From Macrostomum lignano (lineage: Eukaryota): DNA of 64,000 nucleotides. The translations under genes and the position numbers were made by a program. The notes beneath the pieces are model-generated. The model was given only the letters and a program-made list of their open reading frames with translations. It was not told where the DNA came from and searched no databases. Of this stretch, positions 49,840-60,625 are shown piece after piece; the stretch's first letter is position 1; every line of letters begins with the position of its first letter. The DNA is taken from NCBI GenBank assembly GCA_002269645.1, contig NIVC01000406.1, forward strand, positions 260,724 to 324,723, in the 5' to 3' direction.

Positions 49840-50322
49840 TCATCCGCCGGCGTTGCGCACCGTGCTCTGCACTCTGGGCTGGCTGCCATTGGCAACCGTC
49901 AAGCTCCCCAGCTGGTTGCGCAGCCAAAGATCAAATAGTGGCTTGTCCTTGGCCACTGGCCGACCGTTCATGATGAGGCCGCCGCCGCCGATCCGCTCCT
50001 GAAGCCACTCCATGGTTTCCCAGCGGGGCACCGACACCTGGATCGGCCGCCCGTCAGTCCCGTGCACGCGGACCGACATGTTTCCCACCAGGCTCTCGTT
50101 CGGGGCCAGCCGACCGACTTGCCGAAGGTAGCTCTCGGCCACGGACTCGGCCTCGGACAGCAGGCCGGGACGCAGCTGGGGGCCAGCTTGGAGCTCCGCC
50201 TGGAGCTCGACAGCTCGTCTCCGCTCCTGCTCCAAGTGAGCGGCTTGGCCTGCGCTGCCATCAGCGATGCTGTCGATGGCCCTTCGAATGAGCTGCCGTC
50301 GTGCATTCTCCGGTGCTGACAT
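49840..50322 (-). CDS. Ubiquitin-like protein B (160 aa), paralog of Ubl-A, ending AGG-stop
   Basis: ATG at 50322 (the ORF-track start at 50394 is GTG). Shared blocks RRAI.S.ADGSA, ERRRA..LQ.ELQAG, RPGLLSEA.S.AESYLR.VGRLAP.ESL, M.VRV...DGR, RWET, L.D.WLR..LGS.T and terminal GG. Confidence 0.8.
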   Translation of the reverse strand: MSAPENARRQLIRRAIDSIADGSAGQAAHLEQERRRAVELQAELQAGPQLRPGLLSEAESVAESYLRQVGRLAPNESLVGNMSVRVHGTDGRPIQVSVPRWETMEWLQERIGGGGLIMNGRPVAKDKPLFDLWLRNQLGSLTVANGSQPRVQSTVRNAGG

Positions 50323-50411
50323 ATTTTTCTTTAAACAAGCAGACGTTTCAAGAGTTCTAGAAGTTGAAGCCTTGCACTCGCTTAGCTCTTCCACGGCATT
50401 TCCTTGCCGTG

Positions 50412-50442
50412 TTTATATAGGCTGTCGCCGTTTTCGATTTCG
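50412..50442 (-). promoter_or_regulatory. Putative core promoter of Ubl-B: TATA and IRF-E/ISRE-like motif
   Basis: TATATAAA at 50419-50412 (-); gttttcgatttcg at 50430-50442, identical to the 13-mer upstream of Ubl-A. Confidence 0.5.
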
Positions 50443-51759
50443 GCGCCAATTTTAGACATGACGCGGCGGTTTCATCATAAGCGAGCAATTCCGACCTTGG
50501 GACTGGGGCTCCCACGGACGTGTCGGTACGGGTGTGGAGGGCGAATTAGACAGCAGAGAACAGCGCAGACTGAGAGCCAATAAGACCGTTTACTCTGTCA
50601 GCAAGTTGCTGAATGTTGCTTGGATTTTCCAAGAAAATTGAACTCATGCCCCACCTTGCAGTCCCGCTATGATATTAATAAAAAAATCTATTTCTGGAGC
50701 ATCTGAGTCAGATCCAGAAGCGGTGTTATTTTGAAATCGAAAATTTTCGCTTTCGTTGTCATATTTTCATGGTGCTTTTGTACCATCTTGCTCGGAGGGG
50801 TCTGATATTTGTACGTACTGTTGCCGTTGATGCATTTAATTTTTTAACTGCGTACACGCCATATTGCCAGATGTACACTTACAGTATAGTGAGTCTCAAG
50901 CGTATGTATTTCTCAATCCCGTTTATAGATTCATTACTTCTATGCACATTATTAACTAATCTACCCCAAAAAGTTTGCAATGATCCCGTATGACTTGTTT
51001 TGTGTTCAATCGATTAATTCATTTTGGCAATAAAATTTCCACTATTTTCATTGTTTCGAAAACTCAATAAAAATCAGATCTTAACACTTGAATTGCAATT
51101 TCGGGTAGGCTTCAAATAGCTAATTATTCTACTCGTAGTAGAAAGTAAGACATTTTTGCAACGGAAAATTGCAGTACGTGGGTACAGACAATAGAGCGCT
51201 TGACTACAGACTAGATTTGCATGTGGCAATATTTTTTTTAATGACACGAATAATAAATGTACACGTATAAAGTCGACCGTTTTTTAGTATCAGCTAGTAT
51301 TGTGCTCCAGCTTTTGGTTCACTAGCATAACAAAATTCTAGTTGCTTAAACAGAATTTTTCACGAATGAAACGTCGCCACAAAAAACGAGGGCTAATATA
51401 GGCTATTAAAAGCTTCCTTTAATGCAATTAAGACATACATCCCAATAAGACGGATATCCGTCCTTCCACACATAGGTGTCAGAATGAGGGGGGCGTGGGG
51501 GGGGCATGTCCCCACCACTTTTTTTAGCAATTTTTAATATATTTTCCTCCAAATAGAGTGCTTAAATTACTGGATGAGGACTTCCTAAAAAAAGATAATT
51601 CTATGCAGGAGCGTCGCTTACCGAGGGTACAGGGGACATGTCCCCAGCCCAGTAAAAGCGATATGGGAGAACACGCCAATTCTTTTTAAAACGTTCCGAC
51701 GTCTATGCTTCCACACTATGCTTCCCAGCTGTCTGTGATGGCAATGCAGCAATCGTTCA

Positions 51760-52260
51760 CGAATCTCGATCTGCGCGTCGTGATGAAGTTCCAGTTTCTG
51801 CAGAGCAAGCGGACGCCAGAAATGGTTTGCAAGGCAGCTGCAACCGGTGTATACGGACTTTTGGCTCAATCTGATCCGACGGGCGAAAGCGGTTCTAGCT
51901 GGTTGTTCAGGGAAGGACAAACGAATTATCTGGGAGGCCGCAGGCAGTGACTGGATGTCATGCACGTGATTTTCTTTGATGTGCGAGGCGGCTTCCTGCT
52001 GGCCCGGTGCCAGGTGGTACAGCTGTCAACAGCAACTACATGTATACATGTACTATTGCTGGCTGCTTCAGGAGAAATTTCGACATGCCATCCGTGTAGG
52101 AAGCGCCCGCAACTGCTGGAGAAGGATCGAGTCTTTATCTACTGGAATAAGTGGAATACTCTGGGAATACGACTTGGGGGAAAAGTGCAGAGACCTTCGC
52201 GGTGGCTAAGTGAACTGACCAAATGTTGTACATGTACTTACTGCCTTGACAGACGCGTGG
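51760..52260 (+). pseudogene. Degenerate mariner (Tc1/mariner) transposase relic
   Basis: DLRVVMKFQFLQSKRTPEMV resembles the mariner N-terminal HTH (E.RAVIKFLFLEGK.A.EI); VMHVIFFDVRG resembles KVMLTVFWD..G. Stops and deletions present; TIRs not found. Confidence 0.45.
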
Positions 52261-52544
52261 TTCTATAAATAAGCAGCTTTGATAAAAATTTATCGCTTAC
52301 CGAAAAAAACTGAATACACAGTAAGTTTAACACAAGACCAAACTTTCATATTCATAGGATCTAAATTCCACAGCACCAAGTTTTATTGTATTATTAAGTT
52401 ATCGATTTCATAAATTAAGACTTAAGTTATGAAATCCACTTTCTTAACTTAACCACTTTCATAAGTCTTATAAAATTTTGGAGTTGCGAAATGGCATGCT
52501 AATTTGATTGTTTGACAATGTGAAATATAGAGGATATGAAGGTT

Positions 52545-52835
52545 TCTACTGTTAGGTGACTGAGTCATGTCTACAATCCAATTCTTGGGGGTTCGATTCT
52601 CGACCCAGTCGGAACAATTTGTGTCCTTGAGCAAGACACTTAACTCTGTATTGCTTCAGTTCACCCAGCAGTGAAATGGGTGTGCCAGCATTAACTGGGT
52701 GTGTGTGGCGAACCGCCTCCCCTCCCCAGTCCTTGGACTGAACAGCCATACGCAGCCTCAGATGCATGGCACAATAGCTAAGGCTGAGCTGTCAATTGCA
52801 CACCTGTCCATTAGGGTAGGTGTAATCAATGATTA
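52545..52835 (+). mobile_element. tRNA-derived SINE
   Basis: B-box ggttcgattc; ~250 bp similar to 12840-13090. Confidence 0.78.
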
Positions 52836-54164
52836 TTATACATAGGCTGCTCCGATAATCAAATCTATGCATGGCAGTTGACAAAGCACTAGGTATCTTT
52901 GTCAGGGTATGCCTAGCCCTGACAGAGTCAGCAGTAAAGTACCTCTTGTACTAGCTGGGGTCACTGAGGGCACAACAGGTTGCTTAGATAGACTAGGCTA
53001 CTGCAGCAATATTGCATTGTATTATTCATTGCTAATCTTGATATATTGTGTTAACATATTGTCAGTCTGTTATCCAAGGCAAGGCTCAGATTTCAACTTC
53101 TTACCTGCCTATCAGTGCACAGTTTTTTGCATATACTATAAGAGATTTCCTTCATATCTTTTCATTTTTTATTCTTCTATAAACAATCTCTTGATACATT
53201 TGCACTTTTTTAGTAACATTAAATATCATAATTAAAAAAATAAAGCAAATATTAAAAGCCATTGAGGCTTCATTTTATAGCACCACAGATTAATTTTAAA
53301 TACTCAAAATATAATCTCAATTCATAATAGGATAAAAATCAGTTCATATATTTATACTTGAAAAATCACAAAGATCTGTGACATTTGAAAATATATAATC
53401 AATATTTAGTTGGCTTTGTTTAATAGCAACAATCAAAAAGACAAGTATAAGAATATGTCAAAGTTGGGACATCATTTTTATTAAAACAATCAGTTTTTAT
53501 TGCAAAATAAGTAATTAACATGTAAAATAAACATTCTTTCTTCACTTGATGAACTTCACTTCACTTGATCATCAAAAAGTATAAGACAATCTCAATACTG
53601 AATAAGCACCAAAAACAATATAATGTAATTGAGAAGTGCATCTGTTTTATATAAACGGACCTCCTTGCATTTGAAGGACTTGATGTCTGATAGCCTGAAA
53701 GTATAAAGTGGATGCATGAAAATAAAGAGAATCAGTCATTTATTTTTAGGGTATATGGTTTTGTTGCATTTTGGTCTCATAGGTGATTTAATCACTAATT
53801 GGTGATGAATAGGACTTGCTGCTCTTATTCTAAGTGTTGGGCACCATTAATCAAAATCTTAACTTCCATTAATAGCAAAAGCGTTAGCATTAAAACAAAA
53901 AAACTTAACTTATTAACTCTTAATTTTGTTAAGTTAACTGATAATTGTTAATAAGCATTAATCCATTTTAAGTTAACACAGAAAATACAGAAATCTTACA
54001 CTTTTTCCAAAACAGACTTCCTTAATGTACTGTCTTTGCTTTTCCACCTTTTTAGCAAAACACAGAGGTCATCTAAGGGATTTACAAGCTAAAAAAGTAA
54101 TAAATAATAATTTTAAAAAACTTGAATGTATAATACTACTTCTTTTTCTCTTAGCTGCAGGGCT

Positions 54165-55170
54165 GTCCCAGAGGGGACACAGCGGGAAGGCGCGGGCGCC
54201 CATTCCGCTAATCCCTGAACGGCTGACGTGTCGCTATGGACAGAGGGTTGGTGCCACCCAGGGAGGTCCCCCAGTGTCGCCAGCAGCTATAGTGCTCTCT
54301 GGAAAGGAGAGTTCAGCCCTGCGGGTGGCCCGAAGGTAGCGCTTGAGCTGTTTAAAGTTTTTGGGTTTGCACGCTTCAGTAATAGATGTGTGTGGCCCGA
54401 GGTAAGTGAGTCTGGCCCGCGTGAAGGCAGGACAGATGCTGACGAAATGCTCAGCAGTTTCGTCACCTGAGTTGCAGAAACTACAGGTGGCGTTGGTGGC
54501 GTTGCCCTGCAGGTACTGGTGCCTGGAGAAGCAGCCGTGACCTGAGAGGGTCATGGTGGCAGCCCGGATGTCTCTGCGCGAGAGGCGCAAGAGGAGCTTC
54601 CGGAGCTGGTGAGAGGGCTGAGGGACAGCACCTCTGGATTGCCTGCAGTTTGTGCGGTTCGCCCAAGACGAGCGGTGCTGAGTCCTGATCCACGCTTTGA
54701 TGCGCGAGTCGATGACACAGCCAGGAATCGGGACAAGAGGTTTGGGGCCGAGAGAGGAGCCGGAGGCACCAACTTTTGCAAGGGTGTCAGCCAGCTCATT
54801 TCCTCGGATCCCCACATGCCCCGGAACCCACTTAAGGGTAATTTTGTTGGCGGAACCCAATACGTTGAGAAGTTTGATACAGTCGAGGACTGTAGCAGAG
54901 TTGGTGCTGCAGCCACTGATGGTGTGCAAGGCAGCTTGGCTGTCCGAATGGAAAATGATGTTCTTGCCAATAATGCCAGTGGCGAGAAGCTCTGCAGTGC
55001 AGGAGCTGATGGCCAGAACTTCATTTTGGAAAACACTGGAGTTGACCCCAGTGTATTGAGCGTGGGTAGCGATGACCCTCCCGTTCAGAAAGATTCCAAC
55101 ACCAAAGCCGGTGTTGGCTGACTGCTTAGAACTGTCAGTGTAGCAATGAAGCTCACCAAGGTTCCATTGG
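54165..55170 (-). mobile_element. 5'-truncated non-LTR retrotransposon (RNase H + C-terminal CCHC; I/LOA/Tad1-group)
   Basis: Open frame ~55165-54234: YTDSSK, FQNEVLAI, HSDSQAAL, WVPGHVGIRGNELAD (four RNase H acidic residues), then CSFCNSGDETAEHFVSIC, stop and a short 3'UTR. Confidence 0.9.
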
Positions 55171-55239
55171 TCATTGATGTGATATAGTACCCCCTAGGCA
55201 AGTGCAACCTGCACTGGAGCTATGCAACATTAATTTGAC

Positions 55240-56060
55240 AATGCGGGAGCTTGCCACTATCATGACAACACCTCGAGACATTATCAACTGGATGGCAACA
55301 TACCATCTTATTGCAAACCAATGGTCTTGCTTGACCTACCTTGGAGGTGGCGCCAGCGATATAATGGCACAACAAATGCAATTGCAATGACGTATGGGTG
55401 ACCCATTCTTAGATGGACTGGCATAGGCATGCACTAGCTGTCGTGCCCAGGTGTCAGTTTGGAAGGGCTCATTTTTTGAAGCTAGTCATCTTATGCTGCA
55501 GCAGCTGCTGGATCTTATTTAGTGGTGGGCTACAGAAGCAAAGCAGGGTAAATGTCAATGACAATGCAACATTGGTCATAATGCTATTGTTGACTGACAA
55601 AACTTCATCAGAGACATCTGTTCTTAGTACCTGATTGACCATCCAGTGGAACTAGGTGGTCCTAGTAGAGATATAGAGATAGACAAATCCTATTTCTTTC
55701 ACCAAAAGTATCACCATGGTGCCTACTGGCCTGGAAGTAGGTACTAAGCATGGTTGAATGTGGTGCCAGGAAGTGTGTGATGATTGCTATTCTTAACCGC
55801 ATTGCTGCTTTGATTCAATGCCATATTCTCCCTGGTACACGTATGATTACTGATAGATAGCAAGCGTATGCCCAGCTCTAGAATCATGCTATTGTCAACC
55901 ACCAGCTCTTATTTATTGACAAATTGGGAGACCCAACTGTGCATACAAACCTTATTGAGGGGACATAGGCACACTGTAAGGCAAAGTTCCAAGCTATTCA
56001 TAGTACAAGCCAGGCCCTCTTTAAGTCACATCTCAAGGAATTCATATGGCGCACCTATAG
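55240..56060 (+). pseudogene. Merlin (IS1016/IS1595-like DDE) transposase fossil
   Basis: Fragments VD*QNFIRDIC, LGGPSRDIEIDKS, HILPGTRMITDR*QAY, VHTNLIEGT*, HLKEFIWR match the recalled Merlin pattern (GGPG..VEIDES; I.PGT.I.SD.W.AY; HTN.IE..W; YL.EF.WR). The Trp codons have become stops. Confidence 0.8.
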
Positions 56061-56964
56061 AACACCTTTTTGGCAACATACTCTTGGATTGCCCACTATT
56101 ATCCCCTATAAACCAAACTTCAAAGTTTTGACTTTTGAAGTTCATCATGTTTTCTAGTGATATCCCCGCAGTTTTAACCATAGACAGTTGCTAAAAGATA
56201 GTTACTGCTTCACTTTCTTACACACCTTGTCACAATTTTAATTTCATGCTTTTCTAAATGCTATGAAGGTTTTAACGACATACTGTTATCGTTTTAAGTT
56301 AGTACTATTTATATTCAAACAAAAAATAAATTTAACAAATGAAAGAGGAAAATTGCCAAAAGTAAGCATATAGTAAAAGAAGTAATTCATTTATTTGAAA
56401 CTTGAAAGTTAATAATTAATAATTTTATTGGTTAATAATAAAATACAAATAAGAAGGTTGTTTCAGTAGCATTAGCAGGCGCAACAGAAAGTTACAAAAG
56501 ATTGGGAAAGAAGTGAATCAAAGGGATTGATGCTCACATACAAGCATTAAAAAAGTTCATTATTAAGAAGTTGGTACATTTGCATTATCATTGTAATGCC
56601 TAATTAAGAGATTAATTAGGCATTTAGATAGATTTGAATACATTCATAATGTTGTAGCTTCTCATTAGACTTATATTTGTGTTCTTTCTTTGCATCTTTG
56701 GTCACTAACATTATCATTAACATTAACAATGAATTTGTCATTAACTCACAAAAATATTAATGCAAATTTGTTAATCCATTAGTGCAAAATATCTTAACGG
56801 CAGTCTATTAATGTTAATGAATAATCTTAATGCTTATTAATGGATTAATGCTTATTAATGGACTGGTGCCCAACACTGCTTATTCTCAACAAGTTTGTAA
56901 TTTATAATTGTGTTATAGTCAATGTAAAAGCAGGGAAATTTGAAATGACTTACATTTTTATCAT

Positions 56965-57159
56965 TCATCCAGAATTTCCTGCCTTCCTACGGGCATACAC
57001 GCCGATGCACGCACAAATTCCCAAGATCCCGATAGCCAATCCAAGAATCAAAGCGATTGTGTCACCAGCATTGAATGCATGAGCCTGTCCAAAGCAACAC
57101 GCGATCGACAATAAAAATAAGAAAATTCGAAAGTGCATGTTATTAATAATCGCAGTCAT
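56965..57159 (-). CDS. SMIM30: Small integral membrane protein 30-like micropeptide (64 aa, or 57 aa from the second Met)
   Basis: Signal-like N-terminus, then AGDTIALILGLAIGILGICACIGVYARRK, closely matching recalled human SMIM30 AGDAIALLLGVVLSITGICACLGVYARKR. A splice-acceptor-like tract precedes the ATG. Confidence 0.88.
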   Translation of the reverse strand: MTAIINNMHFRIFLFLLSIACCFGQAHAFNAGDTIALILGLAIGILGICACIGVYARRKAGNSG

Positions 57160-57909
57160 GCTGGATTAAAATATAAATAAAAACGAGCAAGGTTAGGTAA
57201 CAGTAAGAAATACGTAAGCTGAGAATAGGAATGTACTGTCGGAATTTCAGACACATTTTCTAGGAAACAGCAACTACTTGAATATTAAAATTTGATAAAC
57301 ACAAGGGTAAAACAATTTAAAGCTAACTTTTGTGTATGTAAAAATTAGGAGTTCTCTTTGCTGAATAAAAGTTTGTCTGATTTTGTACACATTGATTAAT
57401 TGGATTGACGATTCGAGAAGTTTGTTTTGGGACTGCCAGCATGCCGTGTCACGAGAATTGGTTGTCACGGAAATTTTGTTATTTTGAGAACCAGAATTGA
57501 TAGGAAAAGGAAGAGCATTGGCCTTATTTAAACTATGTCAGCCATTACAGAAAATGTGACAATGTAATTCCAGAACTGAAACACGGCTCTGGAACCGATT
57601 CTGCAAGAAAACGGAGCTAGTATTTTAAATTAAAAGGTTAGTTTTGAAACAAATTCTGGTTTCGAAACCGTTAATATGAAAGACCGATAGAGGCGCTGGG
57701 TGAAAACCACTCGTTAATAGAATTTAAATGCTCCTTCATTACTTATATTTATAAAGGAATACGGCCCTTCTTTGCGTCGTACATGGCGATTCATTTACAA
57801 TTTTACGCCATTCAATCTCCATTCCATTTTTCTCCTCGGTGTTGGGCTTATGCAGTGTTGTTGGTGAAGCCTGGGCAAGTTTCAATTGCTACAGTGCAGA
57901 CTGTACAGT

Positions 57910-58015
57910 AATATTGCCTGTGCTTAATAGATTTACGTACATTCATTCAGATGGTTTAGAGTTATTGCCTGTGCTTAATAGATTTACGTACATTCATTCA
58001 GATGGTTTAGAGTTA
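57910..58015. repeat. ~51-bp tandem duplication
   Basis: tattgcctgtgcttaatagatttacgtacattcattcagatggtttagagt occurs twice. Confidence 0.9.
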
Positions 58016-59121
58016 TTTGAAGGGCTACCGGGAGAAGAGAAGAACTACTAGATAACATTAAATTTTGGTCTCTCACTCTGCATCGATCTCCTCCGTCCAA
58101 CCGTGATGTTTGAGCGTGGCCGGGCCGGGGCTGCCTCTTCTCCTGCTTAAAAAATACTTTCTGTTTTATCACGCACTTATGAATTGGCTAAATTGTGCTA
58201 TAAAATTTGGTCTTGCTAAGTTGCATATTGAATTATAGTTGCACATAATCCCATGGTTCAGCCGTATAGCTTTAGCTGGTTTAATAAAATGGCATTAAAG
58301 TTTGGTAATGCATTGGCGCCAACATATACAATTGTCCACACAAAAGTTCGCAAAAAAATGATTGCATCGGACAGCCAGCACCTGCTTCGTCGAGACAGTC
58401 CGTAGCGGTTTTGAATGCCTCGAGTCTGCTTTATATTTGCGAAAAAGCAATATTTGCTTACCAATTTCGCCCTGCTAGCAGTGACATGGGCCACGGTGAG
58501 GGCTATCAATAATTACTGTGCCTCACCTTGGGCAAAAGCTTTTACCTCACCTTAGCCATTTTGACAGAGCATGCGGAGCTGCAGTGTGTCACTTGCATGG
58601 CTGAGCAAGCTTGAAGAGCTGTCAATCCCATCACGAGACAGGCTTCCAGTCTATCTGTTATCCTTCCCTGCAGTGTGTCAGCTGTCAGTTATGCCTATAA
58701 AAAAATGAAGCTTGCTTTCTCGGGGTGAGTTTTTCGCATGGCTGAGCTGAGCCAAAATTCAGCCCACCTGTAGCGACAGTGCTGTGTAATGTGCCTGGCC
58801 AGGTAAGCCTGTAATGGTGACAGCTATTTGCTCATTATATCCCGGATGCAGCTGGCGTAGGTAGGCATCTGTCAACTCTGTCCTCACCAAATGTTTGGCG
58901 GTTTCTATAGGCGATAGGTGTATTGTCTTGGGGAGAGAAACTGCTCTCTGTCTCTCTCTCTTTCCTGAGAGCTAGGAAAGCAAAGTTTGCTTATTGGCTA
59001 GAAGCAACGGACCTGTTTCAGCGAAATTATGAATACAGCAGATTTTCCATAAAAATTATCGCCAAAACTATATCCTGGATATCCTGACTTTAGCGAGAAA
59101 AATACACCGAGGAATCAGGTC

Positions 59122-60099
59122 ATGCTTCCAGCTGTGGTGCCGCTGACTGTACTGTTCTTCAGCCGGATGCAGGCGGTGCTGGGTCTGCAGCAGCCGGGCG
59201 CTGTTCGGTTTGAGGCCAGCCAGTTCTGTCCAAGCGTGATGCAGCGTTCGGCCTTGCCGAGGCGGCTCAGTGGCATCGTCACTACCAGCACCTGCGCCGT
59301 GGAGTGCGCCGCGTCGCCCAACTGCTCCGCTCTGCACCGCCTCGGCGCTGACTGCTACCTGGCCACCCGATCCGATTGGCAAGACGCTTGGAAAACCTCG
59401 ACAAGTTGTCAGAGCAACGGAGCTGCCACACTGGTCCGCCTGCCGACAGCCCCAGCTAACTTGACTGACCGTCTGGTGGTCTGGCTGAGCCTGAGCGCCT
59501 CCCTGAGCAACCTGGCCAACAGCAGCGCCCGCCCGGCCGAGCTGGTCGGGCCGGCCGCCCTGAGAAATGCCAGCGGAGTCGTCCTGTCCTCCGGCCTGGG
59601 CGACTCCTACTTGCTGCTGCCGCCGCCCGACGATTCCGGTCTGGAGGCCAGGACCGGCCCGCTCGGCCAGTTTTCCCTGTTTATCAAGGCCGAGTGGCAG
59701 CCTAGGAGCGGCAACTCAACCTACCTGGTCAGGGCCGCGTCCACTTCGAACACGGTTGTCTTCTGGGCCTACGAAGACTCGCAACGCATCAAGTTTGGCA
59801 ACCGCAAAGCTGTAACCGTGAATTACTATACGGGACCCGTGGTTCCCGCCTCGAAGTCTGTCAACTCGTTTGGCATCTCCTACAACGGAGCCTACAGCGC
59901 CTACTTGAACGGCAAATCGGAGTCAGTCAGTCAGTACAGCACCATTTCCTCCACCACCGCCATTGGAAGCGTCATCCAGCTGGGCGCCAAGCACGGAGAA
60001 ACGGTGAACGACGCTATGCAAGGCCGGCTGCTCTGCTTCGCTTACTGGGCCAGGGAGGTCTCTCAGGAAGAGTTCGCCGAGTTCGACAGCATGTGCTGA
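59122..60099 (+). CDS. Secreted protein with PAN/apple-like domain and C-terminal ConA/LamG-like beta-sandwich, 325 aa
   Basis: Hydrophobic signal peptide; CAVECAASPNCSALH..G.DCYL apple/PAN pattern; YLNG and G.L.CFAYW.RE.SQEE resemble the LamG_3/pentraxin end. Intronless and GC-rich. Confidence 0.75.
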   Translation: MLPAVVPLTVLFFSRMQAVLGLQQPGAVRFEASQFCPSVMQRSALPRRLSGIVTTSTCAVECAASPNCSALHRLGADCYLATRSDWQDAWKTSTSCQSNGAATLVRLPTAPANLTDRLVVWLSLSASLSNLANSSARPAELVGPAALRNASGVVLSSGLGDSYLLLPPPDDSGLEARTGPLGQFSLFIKAEWQPRSGNSTYLVRAASTSNTVVFWAYEDSQRIKFGNRKAVTVNYYTGPVVPASKSVNSFGISYNGAYSAYLNGKSESVSQYSTISSTTAIGSVIQLGAKHGETVNDAMQGRLLCFAYWAREVSQEEFAEFDSMC

Positions 60100-60625
60100 G
60101 GGACTCCCTGCTTAGGATTCAAATTTTTCTGAAACAAAACATTTCTGTGTTCTGATGGCCCTTGAAGAAAAACCAAAGTGTACCCGAAATCGTTTCCACC
60201 AGCAAAAATATACTACCAGGTAATATACGATCTAAAATAAGCGGGAGTATAAATGTTGGCATTCTTGGCAAACAAAATGGCTTTTAAGCTGTGTTTTCAG
60301 GCGCTTTTATGCCCTTAGCAGCCGTTTTTGTTCTGGTTGCAAGGCTCGCTTGCCGCTGTTTGAATAAGGATACACTAAAATTTTGAAAGCCATATTTGCT
60401 TTGTAGGCCTGGGCCGTGGCGACGTTCTTCCCCGGTGACACTCAGTGCTAGAGGGGCAATTTAAAGTGTGAAGTACTTTGAACCCTGAAAATGCAATAAA
60501 AAGGGCTGGATTGGCGTTTCAGCATGGCCTGTATGAGATAGACTAGGCTTACAGGCTATGGTCTGCGATGCTTCACGTTCCCGTGGGTGCTCAAGGCAGA
60601 CCCTTAGGGCTGCTGGACAGACCGG

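Larger units (their letters stand above)
53832..56878. mobile_element. 3.05-kb TIR element with 8-bp TSD (hAT-like CAGTG termini), carrying nested LINE and Merlin fragments
   Basis: TSD cttattct at 53824-53831 and 56879-56886. TIRs aagtgttgggcacca and tggtgcccaacactg match 14/15. Inverted subterminal ttaataagcattaatccatt motifs. Confidence 0.82.
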
